Positions 18,934 to 27,891 of a stretch of 64,000 bases of DNA are shown piece after piece. A model generated the notes under the pieces. That model made no database searches. It worked only from the letters and a program-made list of their open reading frames with translations, and had not been told where the DNA came from. Both the position numbers and the translations under genes were made by a program. Where the stretch lies: NCBI GenBank assembly GCA_036560145.1, contig DATBRV010000120.1:22258-86257 (forward strand). Direction: 5' to 3'. Numbering within the stretch: position 1 is the stretch's first letter; each line of letters opens with the position of its first letter. The stretch is from Myxococcota bacterium (GTDB lineage Bacteria > Myxococcota_A > UBA9160 > SMWR01).

Positions 18934-20091
18934 TCACCCGACCCGATCCCCCCGCAGCGGCACCTTCCGGAAGCTCGCCCAGAGGGCGAGGTCGTAGACG
19001 ATCTTGAGCGCGCCGCCGATCGCGAAGGGGGCGGAGAGGGCGATCGTCTGCATCACCCAGCCGGTGGCGGCCGGCGAGATGGCCTGGGCGAGCGTGCGGG
19101 CGAAGGTGGTGGCGCTCGCGGCCGCCTCGCGCTCGCGGTCTTCGACCAGCGCCATCACGTAGGCCTGGCGCGTGGGGACGTCCATCTGCGAGAGCAGGCC
19201 GCGGCCGAGCAGGAGCGCGATGGCGATCTCCGCGCTCGGCGCGAGCGCGAGCCCGATCAGCAGCAGGTTCGCGATCAGGTGCGAGAAGACCATCGTGCGC
19301 AGCAGGCCGAAGCGTCCGCCCAGGCGCGCCGCGAGCAGCTGCGACAGGGCGGTCAGGATCTGCACGGCGAAGAACACGCCGCCGAGATCGGCGAGCGAGA
19401 GCGCGAAGCGTTCGTGCAGCCAGTAGGCGACCAGAGCCTGGAGCGCGAAGCCGCCCGCGAAGGAGTCGAGCGCGAAGAGAGCGGCCAGACGGCGGACCAG
19501 CGGGCCGGAGCCCGCGCCTTCGGCAGGAGGGCGCGCGGGCGGCCGCGCCGCGGGGAGCGTCCGGTAGGCGAGCCCCTGCACGCCGGCTCCGGCGACGAAG
19601 AGCGCGAAGAGCAGCTCGAGCGAGCCGCTCAGGCTCACCGCGGCGGCGCCGAGCGCGGCCGCCCCCGCGCCGAGCAGGTTGTAGACGCCGAACAGCCAGG
19701 TGCGCCGCTCGGGGGGCAGCGCACGCGCCAGCACCACCTGCTCGAGCGAGAGGAAGGCGCCGGACTCGCCGGTGCTGACCGAGACGTTCCCCAGCATCGC
19801 CGCCGCCACCACCAGCCAGGGCTCGCGGAAGAAGAGCAGCAGCGCTCCGGCCGCGGCGGTCGCCGCCGCGAGCCCGAGCAACACCGCTCGCGCGCCGAAA
19901 CGCTCGGCCGGGCGCCGGACGGCCCAGGTGAGCGCCGCGCTCGCGAACAGGGTGGCCGAGACGGCGACGCCGATCCCGACCGCGCCCACGCCGAGCGCCG
20001 CCAGATGGATGGGGAAGACGATGCCGAGGAAGCCGTAGCCGAAGGTGCGCACCGCCTTCGCGACGAAAACGGCGGTGACCTCACGCGGCAC
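18934..20091 (-). CDS. MFS transporter
   Basis: 385 aa with about 12 hydrophobic helices. Loop motif AVRRPAERFGAR between TM2 and TM3. Confidence 0.75.
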   Translation of the reverse strand: MPREVTAVFVAKAVRTFGYGFLGIVFPIHLAALGVGAVGIGVAVSATLFASAALTWAVRRPAERFGARAVLLGLAAATAAAGALLLFFREPWLVVAAAMLGNVSVSTGESGAFLSLEQVVLARALPPERRTWLFGVYNLLGAGAAALGAAAVSLSGSLELLFALFVAGAGVQGLAYRTLPAARPPARPPAEGAGSGPLVRRLAALFALDSFAGGFALQALVAYWLHERFALSLADLGGVFFAVQILTALSQLLAARLGGRFGLLRTMVFSHLIANLLLIGLALAPSAEIAIALLLGRGLLSQMDVPTRQAYVMALVEDREREAAASATTFARTLAQAISPAATGWVMQTIALSAPFAIGGALKIVYDLALWASFRKVPLRGDRVG

Positions 20092-20129
20092 GGCGTGGAT
20101 CTTATGACAGCCTCACGGGCGAACACCAG

Positions 20130-20165
20130 CAAGCGAAGCGCGCAGCGAGCCAAAGGCGAGCGAAG
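20130..20165 (+). repeat. copy B of the dispersed intergenic repeat
   Basis: CAAGCGAAGCGCGCAGCGAGCCAAAGGCGAGCGAAG, with 2 mismatches to copy C over 36 nt. It lies between the hpnH stop/hairpin and the MFS gene start. Confidence 0.8.
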
Positions 20166-20170
20166 GCGGA

Positions 20171-20191
20171 GGCGCCGGCTACGCCGGCGCC
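20171..20191 (-). terminator. candidate terminator hairpin for the hopanoid operon
   Basis: GGCGCCGGC-TAC-GCCGGCGCC forms a perfect 9-bp GC stem with a 3-nt loop, 9 nt after the hpnH stop. The downstream tract is only weakly T-rich, so intrinsic termination is not assured. Confidence 0.4.
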
Positions 20192-20199
20192 GTACCCGC

Positions 20200-21207
20200 C
20201 TAGATCGACGCTACGAACGCCCGCAGCGACTGTTTGAGCGAACGCGTGGTCGCGAGCACGGCGGTCGGCTCGTAGCCGCAGTGCGCCATGCAGTTCGCGC
20301 AGCGCGGATCGCGGCCGCGCCCGTACTTCTCCCACTCCGTCGTCTCGATCAGCTCGCGGTAGCTGCTCGCGTAGCCGTCCGACATCAGATAACAAGGGCG
20401 CTGCCAACCGAGCGTCGAGAAGCTCGGGATCGCCCACGCCGTGCAGTCGAAGTCGGCCTTGCCCTCCAGGAAATCCAGGAAAAGCGGGGAGTGGTTGAGG
20501 CGCCAGCGGCGGCGGCGGCCGCCCGCGAAGGCCTCCGAGAAGAGCTTGCGGGTCTGGTCGACGGGCAGGAAGTTCTTCTGGTCGGGCGCCTTCTCGTAGG
20601 CGTAGGCGGGCGAGATCATCATCTGGTCGACGCGCAGCTCGTCGTTCAGGAAGTCCAGCACCTGGCGTACGGTGCTCGGCGAGTCGGTGCTGAAGAAGGT
20701 GGTGTTGGTGGTGACGCGGAAGCCGCGCTGCTTGGCGGCGCGGATCGCGAGCACGCACTCGTCGAAGACGCCGTCCTCGCAGACCGCCGCGTCGTGGCGC
20801 TCGCGGAGCCCGTCCATGTGCACGGCCCACGAGAAGAATGGAGACGGCGCGAAGAGATCGAGCTTGCGGCGCAGCAGCAGGCCGTTGGTGCACAGGTAGA
20901 CGAATTTCTTGCGGGCGATCAGCTCGCGCACGATCTCGTGGATCTGGGGATGGATCAGCGGCTCGCCCCCGGCGATCGACACCATCGGCGCGCCGCACTC
21001 CTCGACCCCGCGCACGGCGTCCTCGACGCTCAGGCGGCGCTTCAGCACCGCGTGCGGGTGCTGGATCTTGCCGCAGCCGGCGCAGGCGAGGTTGCAGGCG
21101 AAGAGCGGCTCCAGCTCGACGATCAGCGGGAACTTCGCGCGCCCGGTCAGCTTCTGGCGCATCAAATAGCTTGCGACCTTGAGCATCTGGCGGATCGGAA
21201 CACCCAT
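20200..21207 (-). CDS. hpnH: adenosyl-hopene transferase, radical SAM
   Basis: MGVPIRQML..., LEPLFACNLACAGCGKIQ (CxxxCxxC), GAPMVSIAGGEPL, and WQRPCYLMSDGY...CANCMAHCGYE are collinear with HpnH. The ATG overlaps the shc stop (TGATG). Confidence 0.9.
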   Translation of the reverse strand: MGVPIRQMLKVASYLMRQKLTGRAKFPLIVELEPLFACNLACAGCGKIQHPHAVLKRRLSVEDAVRGVEECGAPMVSIAGGEPLIHPQIHEIVRELIARKKFVYLCTNGLLLRRKLDLFAPSPFFSWAVHMDGLRERHDAAVCEDGVFDECVLAIRAAKQRGFRVTTNTTFFSTDSPSTVRQVLDFLNDELRVDQMMISPAYAYEKAPDQKNFLPVDQTRKLFSEAFAGGRRRRWRLNHSPLFLDFLEGKADFDCTAWAIPSFSTLGWQRPCYLMSDGYASSYRELIETTEWEKYGRGRDPRCANCMAHCGYEPTAVLATTRSLKQSLRAFVASI

Positions 21208-23102
21208 CAGCAGGACTCCTTCCGGACGAGCCGCAGATGGCGCCCGAGCGCCATCATCGGGAAGACGAGACGGTAGAGGTGGTAGTTGATGTAGAAATCG
21301 CCCGGGAAGCCGGTGCCCGTGAACTCCGGCTCGTCCCAGTCGCCGTCCGCGCGCTGCGTCGCCGCGAGCCAGGCGACGCCGCGATCGACCGCCGGCGTGC
21401 GCTCCCCGGCCGCCAGCAGCGCGAGCAGCGCCCAGGCCGTCTGCGAGGCGGTCGAATTCCCGCGCCCGCGCCAGGCGTCGTCGGTGTAGGAGCGCAGGTT
21501 TTCGCCCCAGCCGCCGTCGGCGTTCTGGTGGGCTTCGAGCCAGCGCACGGCGCGGCGCACCGCGGGGTCCGTCGTCGGGACGCCGGCCGCGACCAGCGCC
21601 GGAACCGCCGCGCCGGTTCCATAAACGTAATTCGCGCCCCAGCGTCCGAACCAGGATCCGTCGGGCTCCTGCTCGGTGCGCAGCCAGGCCAGGGCGTCGC
21701 GGACGCGGACGTCCGCGACGAGCCCCTCGGCGGCGAGCGTCTCGAGCACGTGGGCGGTGACGTCGGCGCTGGGCGGATCGATCACCTCGCCGAAATCGCA
21801 GAACGGGAGCTCGTTGCAGAGGCCACGGGTATTGTCGGCGTCGAAGGCGGCCCAGCCGCCGCCGCGTGATTGCATGCCGAGGATCCAGCGCACGCCGCGC
21901 GCGATCGCCGCGTCGACGTCGCTCCGGCCCGCGGCTCCCGCGGCGCGCAGCGCGAGCACGACTTCGGCGGTGTCGTCGATGTCCGGATAGTGGTCGTTCG
22001 CGAACTCGAAGGCCCAGCCGCCCGGCTCGAGCCGGGGCCGCCGCACGGCCCAGTCGCCGCGCACGCGGATCTCCTCGCCGAGCAGCCAATCCACCGCGCG
22101 CGCGAGCGCGGGATCGCCGCGCGGGACGCCCGCGTCGGCGAGCGCGATCAGGGCGAGCGCCGTGTCCCACACCGGCGATTGACAGGCCTCGAGCCGGCGC
22201 AGGCCGTCCGGGTCGAGCGTGAAGCCATCGAGTCCGCGCAGGCCCTGGCGCAGCGCCGGATGCTCGAGCGGGTAGCCCTCGAGATGCAGCGCGATCAGCG
22301 AGTAGACCCAGGGCGGCTGGATCCCGCCCCAGCCGCCGTCGGCCTCCTGGCGCCGGAGGATCCATTCGCTGGCGAGCCGGAGCGCGAGGCTGCGCAGCCA
22401 GCGCAGCGGTCGGCGCTCATAGCGATGCAGCGCGCGATCAAGGAACTGGAAGCGCCCGGCCCAGCTTCGCAGCGATTGCCGCGGCGGCGGCGGCGCGCCG
22501 CTGCGCAGCTCGGGGATCGCGAACGGCAGCGGGCGGACCGGGCGATGCGCGGCGACGATCGTGAGCGGCACGATCGTCTGCCGCGCCCAGCAGCCGAAGT
22601 CGTACACGTTGAGCGGGAACCAGCTCGGCAGCAGGATCAGCTCCGGCGGAAGCGCCGGGAGCGCTTCCCAGGGCCAGAGACCGAAGAGCGCCAGCCAGAT
22701 CCGGGTGAAGACGCGCGAGCGCTCGATCCCGCCGAGCTCGCGCACGAGCTGCGCGGCGCGCTGCATGTGTGCGGCTTCGACGGGATCCCCGGCGAGGCGC
22801 AGCGCGAGGTAGGCCTCGATCGTGGTCGAGAGCTCCGGCGGGCCGCCGAAGAACGTCGCCCAGGAACCGTCCGGACGCTGCTGCGAGCGGATCCAGTCGG
22901 CGGCGCGCTGCGTCTCCGCGGCGCCGCGAATCCCGAGGAACTCGCGCAGCAGGAGATCCTCGGCGTCCATCGTGACGTTGGTCGCCAGCTCGCCCTTCCA
23001 GTAGCCGCGCTCGTGCTGGAGCGAGAGCAGCTGGTCGCGCGCGCGCGCCAGCGCCTTCTCCGCGTCCGCGAGCCGGTTCGAGCGGTCGAGCGGCGCGCTC
23101 AT
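21207..23102 (-). CDS. shc: squalene-hopene cyclase
   Basis: 631 aa. Repeated QW motifs (QQRPDGSW, QEADGGWG, QSRGGGWA, EQEPDGSWFGRWG, QNADGGWGE) and the DDTAEV catalytic motif. The ATG overlaps the hpnE stop (ATGA). Confidence 0.95.
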   Translation of the reverse strand: MSAPLDRSNRLADAEKALARARDQLLSLQHERGYWKGELATNVTMDAEDLLLREFLGIRGAAETQRAADWIRSQQRPDGSWATFFGGPPELSTTIEAYLALRLAGDPVEAAHMQRAAQLVRELGGIERSRVFTRIWLALFGLWPWEALPALPPELILLPSWFPLNVYDFGCWARQTIVPLTIVAAHRPVRPLPFAIPELRSGAPPPPRQSLRSWAGRFQFLDRALHRYERRPLRWLRSLALRLASEWILRRQEADGGWGGIQPPWVYSLIALHLEGYPLEHPALRQGLRGLDGFTLDPDGLRRLEACQSPVWDTALALIALADAGVPRGDPALARAVDWLLGEEIRVRGDWAVRRPRLEPGGWAFEFANDHYPDIDDTAEVVLALRAAGAAGRSDVDAAIARGVRWILGMQSRGGGWAAFDADNTRGLCNELPFCDFGEVIDPPSADVTAHVLETLAAEGLVADVRVRDALAWLRTEQEPDGSWFGRWGANYVYGTGAAVPALVAAGVPTTDPAVRRAVRWLEAHQNADGGWGENLRSYTDDAWRGRGNSTASQTAWALLALLAAGERTPAVDRGVAWLAATQRADGDWDEPEFTGTGFPGDFYINYHLYRLVFPMMALGRHLRLVRKESC

Positions 23103-24454
23103 GCCGCCACCTGGGGGAGGCCCTGCCGGCGGCCCGCGGCCGCCAGCGCGGCGCGCGCGGCGGCGAGGCCACTGCGCACGGCGCCCTCCATCGTCGCGGG
23201 CCAGCCGGTGTCGGTCCAGGCGCCCGCCAGGTAGAGTCCGTCGACACGCGTCTGCGTCGCCGCGCGCAGACGCTGGCTGCCGGGCGCCTGCCGGAAGGTC
23301 GCGGCGGGCTCGCTGGTCACGAACAGCTTCTCGAGGCGCGCCGCGCGGGCGGCCGGGAAGAGGCGCCGGAACTCGGGCTCGAAGCGGCGCCGCAGCGAGT
23401 CCGAGGAGACGCCGACGTAGGCCTCCGCCGCCGAGAGCGAGACCGCCAGGTACTGGCCGCGCGCGAGGCCCGAGGCCTGGGTGCGATCGAAGATCCATTG
23501 CAGGGGCGAAGCGACGGCCGCCGCGAAGGCGTGCGCGAGGATCTTGCGATCCCACACCACGTGGAGGTTCACGATCGGCGAGCTCGCGAGCGCCGCCAGC
23601 GCGCGGATGTCGACCCCGCTCTCGGCGGGAAGCAGCCCGGCGGCTTCCGCGTGCGGCGTCGCGAGGATCACCGCGTCGGCGGGGACCCGGCCCGCGTCGA
23701 GCCGGACCGCGGCGACGCTGGCGCCCCGGAGCTCGATCTCCCGGACTCGCGCCCGGGTCACCACCTCTGCGCCACGCTCGGCGAGCGCGCGCGCCGCGGG
23801 CTCCGCATGCACCTGCTCGAGCGGCACCCGCGCCCAGCCGATGTCGGCGGCGTCCGCCTCCCGGAGCAGGCCCGTCTGGAAGACCATCGCGGCGAGCGCC
23901 AGCGAAGCCTCGCCGGCGCCCGCGTTGAGCGTCGGCCGGATCACCAGTTCCCAGAACAGCTCGATCGCGCGCGGCGACTGCCCGCTCTGCGCGAGCCAGT
24001 CGCCGAAGCTGCGCGCGTCGAGCGCCGGATCCGCGAGGTCGAGCTTCGCGAGCTTCCGGGCCGCCGCCGCGATCCGCAGCCTGTCGGCCCACGAGACATG
24101 CGCGTAGCGCGCGAGGCTCGGCGCCAGGTGCAGCGGCGCCGGCAGCGGATGGCGGCGCAGCCATGCGGTGCGCCCGGCGGGCGCCACGACGGGAATCGCG
24201 AGCCGGCTCTGGAGCGCGACGAGATCGCTCGCCCCGATCCGATCGAGGAAGCCGCGGTAGGCCGTGCAGCAGCGCAGGAAGACATGCTGTCCGTTGTCGA
24301 TCGCGAGACCCTGGTGCCGCGTCGACCAGGTGGCGCCTCCCAGCCGCGGGCGCGCCTCGAGCAGCGTGACGCGCGCGCCGGCGTCCGCGCAGGCGAGGCC
24401 GGCGGAAAGGCCCGCGAGCCCGCCCCCTACTACCGCGACGCGCAGCTCGCTCAT
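23099..24454 (-). CDS. hpnE: hydroxysqualene dehydroxylase (FAD-dependent amine-oxidase fold)
   Basis: VAVVGGGLAGLSAGLACADAGARVTLLEARPRLGG. C-terminal YLAGAWTDTGWPATMEGAVRSG. Positioned between hpnC and shc. Confidence 0.85.
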   Translation of the reverse strand: MSELRVAVVGGGLAGLSAGLACADAGARVTLLEARPRLGGATWSTRHQGLAIDNGQHVFLRCCTAYRGFLDRIGASDLVALQSRLAIPVVAPAGRTAWLRRHPLPAPLHLAPSLARYAHVSWADRLRIAAAARKLAKLDLADPALDARSFGDWLAQSGQSPRAIELFWELVIRPTLNAGAGEASLALAAMVFQTGLLREADAADIGWARVPLEQVHAEPAARALAERGAEVVTRARVREIELRGASVAAVRLDAGRVPADAVILATPHAEAAGLLPAESGVDIRALAALASSPIVNLHVVWDRKILAHAFAAAVASPLQWIFDRTQASGLARGQYLAVSLSAAEAYVGVSSDSLRRRFEPEFRRLFPAARAARLEKLFVTSEPAATFRQAPGSQRLRAATQTRVDGLYLAGAWTDTGWPATMEGAVRSGLAAARAALAAAGRRQGLPQVAA

Positions 24455-25299
24455 CGCAGGGCCGCCGCGAGCCGGCGCAGCAGATCGCGGCGGCGCGGGC
24501 GCGGCGCGCCGCCCAGCACGTCGAAGCCGCGTCGCTCGATGGCGTCGGCGGCCGCGCGGCCGCCCGCGATGAATCCGGCGATCGCGAGCCTCGGCCGGCC
24601 GGACAGCGAGCGCACCAGGGGGACGCCGAGATCGAGCAGAGCCCGCGCGCGCTCCACCTCGAAGCGGACCAGCGCGCACACCGCCGGGCTCGCCGTCGGC
24701 GCGCGCAGGTCGTTCTCGTCGCAGCCGAAGCGCGCGAGATCCTCGGCCGGCAGATAGCGGCGGCCGCGCGCGAGGTCCTCGGCGACGTCCTGGCAGTGCT
24801 CGACCAGCTGGAGCGCGGTGCAGACGGCGTCGGAGGCCGCGAAGCGCTCCGGCGTCGCCGCGCCGAATACGCACAGGACCAGCCTTCCCACCGGGCTCGC
24901 CGAGAGCGCGCAGTAATCGCGCAGCTCCGCCCAGCTCGCGTAGCGGGACACCTGCTGGTCGCGGCGATTCGCCTCGATCAGCTGGCGAAACGGCAGCTCG
25001 GGCAGGCGCAGCGCGCGAACCGTCGGCACGAGGCGCTGCAAGACCGGGTGCAGCGGCTCCCCGCCATCGAACACGCGGCCGAGATCGGCGTCCAGCTCGC
25101 CGAGCAGCGCGAACCGATCGCCCGCGGCCTCGTCGCCGATGTCGTCGGCCAGCCGCGCGAATCCGTAGAGCGCCATCAGGTGCGTGCGCTGCGGCCGCGA
25201 GAGCAGCACGAGCGCCACCGGGAAGTTCTCGCGCCGGGCGCGCGCGAGCAGCGCCGCGGCACCGGGCGCCGGCAGTCCATTCACGGCGAGCGCGGTCAC
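24451..25299 (-). CDS. hpnC: hydroxysqualene synthase (squalene/phytoene synthase family)
   Basis: The ENFPVA hallmark, YGFARLADDIGDE and QLVEHCQDVAEDLARGRRYLP (two Asp-rich motifs). The GTG start overlaps the tetR stop (GTGA). Confidence 0.85.
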   Translation of the reverse strand: MTALAVNGLPAPGAAALLARARRENFPVALVLLSRPQRTHLMALYGFARLADDIGDEAAGDRFALLGELDADLGRVFDGGEPLHPVLQRLVPTVRALRLPELPFRQLIEANRRDQQVSRYASWAELRDYCALSASPVGRLVLCVFGAATPERFAASDAVCTALQLVEHCQDVAEDLARGRRYLPAEDLARFGCDENDLRAPTASPAVCALVRFEVERARALLDLGVPLVRSLSGRPRLAIAGFIAGGRAAADAIERRGFDVLGGAPRPRRRDLLRRLAAALR

Positions 25300-25940
25300 G
25301 GGCGCGGGCGGCGCCCGCGCGCGCTCGCTGGACCCTCCGGCAGCAGCCTTTCAGCGACCGCGCGCAGGCTCTCGCGCCGCCGCTCGTTGAGCTTCTCGTC
25401 GGGGTCGAGCAGCTCGAACAGGAGATTCCCGGCGAGGTGGGAGACCAGCCCGAGGCTGATCTCCTCCGCCTGCTCGGGCGTCGCCGTCAGCATCCCGATC
25501 GCGCCGGAGACCTTCCGGATGAAGAGGCCGTGCAGCGCGAACAGCTCCCCCTGGAGCGACTCGCGCATCGTCTGCGACTCGAGCACCCAGCGCACGAAGG
25601 CCCGAATCGTCTCGCGGTTCGACGCCACGAACTTCTCGTAGGCCTCGAGCAGCTCGAAGACCCGCTCGCGCGGCGGCCCGTCGAGGCTCTTCTCGAACTC
25701 CCGCCAGAACGGGATGAAGAAGCGGACGCAGGCCTCCTTGAAGAGGGCCGCCTTGCTCCCGAAGTGCCAGAAGACCGCCCCGCGGCTGACGCCCGCGCGC
25801 GACGCGATCGCCGAGATGCTGGTGCCCTCGAAGCCGCGCGTCGCGAAGAGCTCCATCGCGGCGCGCAGGATCCGCGCCTGGGTGGCCTCCTTGCGCGAGG
25901 CGCGCGCCAGGCCTTCTTTCGGAACCGCCGGTGTCTCCAT
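25296..25940 (-). CDS. TetR/AcrR-family transcriptional regulator embedded in the hopanoid operon
   Basis: The N-terminal HTH RILRAAMELFATRGFEGTSISAIASRAGVSRGAVFWHFGSK is a classic TetR_N domain. The ATG overlaps the fni stop (TGATG). Confidence 0.9.
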   Translation of the reverse strand: METPAVPKEGLARASRKEATQARILRAAMELFATRGFEGTSISAIASRAGVSRGAVFWHFGSKAALFKEACVRFFIPFWREFEKSLDGPPRERVFELLEAYEKFVASNRETIRAFVRWVLESQTMRESLQGELFALHGLFIRKVSGAIGMLTATPEQAEEISLGLVSHLAGNLLFELLDPDEKLNERRRESLRAVAERLLPEGPASARGRRPRP

Positions 25941-27019
25941 CAGGCTCGCTCCCCGATCCGGACTTCCTTTTCGATCCAGAGTTCGTTTTCGATCCAGAGG
26001 CGCAGCTCGCCGCCGATCACGCGCGCCGCCCGTTGTAGCTCGCTGGCTCGGCGCGCGCCGGTGAGCAGGGTCACCACGCGCAGGCTCTCGATCAGGCGCT
26101 CGGCGGCGAGGATCACGCCGGGCGCGTCCGCTTCGTGGTAGGCGCGCAGGAAGGGCAGCGCGAGCGCGACGGCGTCCGCCCCCAGCGCGAGCGCGTTCGC
26201 GACGTCGCGGGGGCCGCGGATCCCTCCCGACGCAATCACGCGTAGCCCCGCGCGCGCCGCGTAGGTGATCGCCGCCGCCGTGGGGATTCCCCACTCCCGG
26301 AGCTCGAGGCCGAGCGCCCGTTGGCGCGCCGATCCGCGCAGCGCCTCGACGCCCGTCCAGCTGGTGCCCCCCGCGCCCGAGACGTCGACCCAGCGCACCC
26401 CCGACTCGCGCAGGCGCGCGAGCGCGCGGGGCCCGAGCCCGCAGCCGGTCTCCTTGACCACGAGCGGAACCGGAATCTCGCCGACGAGTCTTTCGATGGC
26501 CGCCGCGCAGCCGCGGAAGTCGCGGTCGCCCTCGTCCTGCACCAGCTCCTGCGCGGCGTTCAGGTGGATGCAGAGAGCGTCCGCCCCGATCGCCTCGATC
26601 AGCGCCGCGACGCGGGCCGGCCCGGCGTCGCGCGCCTGCACGGCGCCCAGGTTCGCGAGCAGCAGGATGTCCGGGGCGACGTCGCGCACGCGGTAGCTGT
26701 CCGCCGTGCGCGGATCCAGCAGCATGGCGCGCTGCGAGCCGACCCCCATGCCGAGTCCGAACTTCTGGGCGGCCGCCGCCAGCGCGCGATTCAGCTGGCC
26801 GGCTTCCTCGGTCCCCCCCGACATCCCGGAGATCAGGATGGGGGCCTCGAGACGCCGGCCGAGCAGCTCCGTGCCGAGATCGATCTCTCCAATCGACAGC
26901 TCCGGCAGCGCGTCGTGGAGCAGGTGCACGTCGTCGAGCAGCGTGCGGCCGTGGTGCTCCACGTCCTCGCTCGCGCAGAGGGCGAGATGGGAACGCTTGC
27001 GCTCGTCAATTTCGTTCAA
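25940..27019 (-). CDS. fni: type 2 isopentenyl-diphosphate delta-isomerase (FMN-dependent)
   Basis: ERKRSHL at the N-terminus, ISGMSGG, MGVGSQR, HLNAAQELVQDEGDRDF, VVKETGCG and ASGGIRGPRDVANALALGA are collinear with IDI-2. The proposed TTG start at 27019 overlaps the hpnD stop (TTGA). Confidence 0.85.
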   Translation of the reverse strand: MNEIDERKRSHLALCASEDVEHHGRTLLDDVHLLHDALPELSIGEIDLGTELLGRRLEAPILISGMSGGTEEAGQLNRALAAAAQKFGLGMGVGSQRAMLLDPRTADSYRVRDVAPDILLLANLGAVQARDAGPARVAALIEAIGADALCIHLNAAQELVQDEGDRDFRGCAAAIERLVGEIPVPLVVKETGCGLGPRALARLRESGVRWVDVSGAGGTSWTGVEALRGSARQRALGLELREWGIPTAAAITYAARAGLRVIASGGIRGPRDVANALALGADAVALALPFLRAYHEADAPGVILAAERLIESLRVVTLLTGARRASELQRAARVIGGELRLWIENELWIEKEVRIGERA

Positions 27020-27891
27020 GCGCGCGCTCCTTCCAGCCAGACCGAGGCGGTGATCGCGAGCCGCCGGGCGCTGGAGAGCCGCAGCGCAGGCGCCGTGTGC
27101 GGGAAGCGGCGGCGCTGGAGCTCTTCGAGCAGCGCGCGGTAGATGCGGCCCATGGCGTCGGCGGGGCGCAGCCGCGCGCGGTCCTCCTCGGGAAGCAGCC
27201 GCTCGGCGCGCTCGTAGTAGAGGCGCGCGCGCTCCGCGTAGCAGGCGAGCAGCACGCGCAGCTCGTCCGGAGTGGGGTCCGCGACCAGCGACTGCCGGCT
27301 CACGCCAAAGCGATGCATGTCCTCGCGCGCCAGATAGATGCGCCCCGCCGCCGCATCCTCGCCGACGTCGCGCAGGATGTTGGTGAGCTGCACCGCAATC
27401 CCCATCGCCTCGGCGTAATCGAGCGCGCGGGGGCTCTGATAGCCGAGCAGGCGGACCAGCAGGATCCCGACCGTCGAGGCGACGCGGAAGCAATACCGGG
27501 TGACGTCCTCGAAGGTCTCCAGGGGCGCGCGCTCGAGATCCGACTCCACGCCCGCCAGCAGCTCTTCGAAGATCCCGCGCGGGAGATCGAAGCGCCGCAC
27601 CGCGTCCGCGAGCGCGATCCCGACGGGGTGGCTGGGTTTCCCGTCGTACGCTGCGCCCAGCTCCGCGCGCCAGCGATCGAGCAGCAGCGCGCGATTTCCG
27701 AGCAGGCTGGGATCGTCGGCGACGTCGTCCGCGAAGCGGCAGAAAGCGTAGATCGCGTGCACCGCCTGGCGCTTCGGCTTCGGAAACATCCAGAACGCCG
27801 CGGCGAAGCTGGAGCCGCTGCGCAGCGTCACCGCGCGGCAGTGCGCGTGCGCGGCGAGCAAATCCGAACCAGGCGCCGCTTCAGCTCGCAT
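27016..27891 (-). CDS. hpnD: presqualene diphosphate synthase (squalene/phytoene synthase family)
   Basis: SGSSFAAAFWMFPKPKRQAVHAIYAFCRFADDVADD and QLTNILRDVGEDAAAGRIYL. The ATG at 27891 overlaps the dxs 3' end by 11 nt. Confidence 0.85.
   Translation of the reverse strand: MRAEAAPGSDLLAAHAHCRAVTLRSGSSFAAAFWMFPKPKRQAVHAIYAFCRFADDVADDPSLLGNRALLLDRWRAELGAAYDGKPSHPVGIALADAVRRFDLPRGIFEELLAGVESDLERAPLETFEDVTRYCFRVASTVGILLVRLLGYQSPRALDYAEAMGIAVQLTNILRDVGEDAAAGRIYLAREDMHRFGVSRQSLVADPTPDELRVLLACYAERARLYYERAERLLPEEDRARLRPADAMGRIYRALLEELQRRRFPHTAPALRLSSARRLAITASVWLEGARA

Noticed and set aside
21207-24164. The 985-aa reading of the shc ORF, and the analogous upstream extensions of hpnE (to 24874), hpnH (to 22365), fni (to 27493), hpnD (to 28167) and tetR (to 26294).
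   Set aside because: In every case the extension overlaps the upstream gene in another frame and is Arg/Ala-rich junk. Internal starts that give 4-nt or 1-nt stop/start overlaps yield proteins of canonical length with conserved N-termini.
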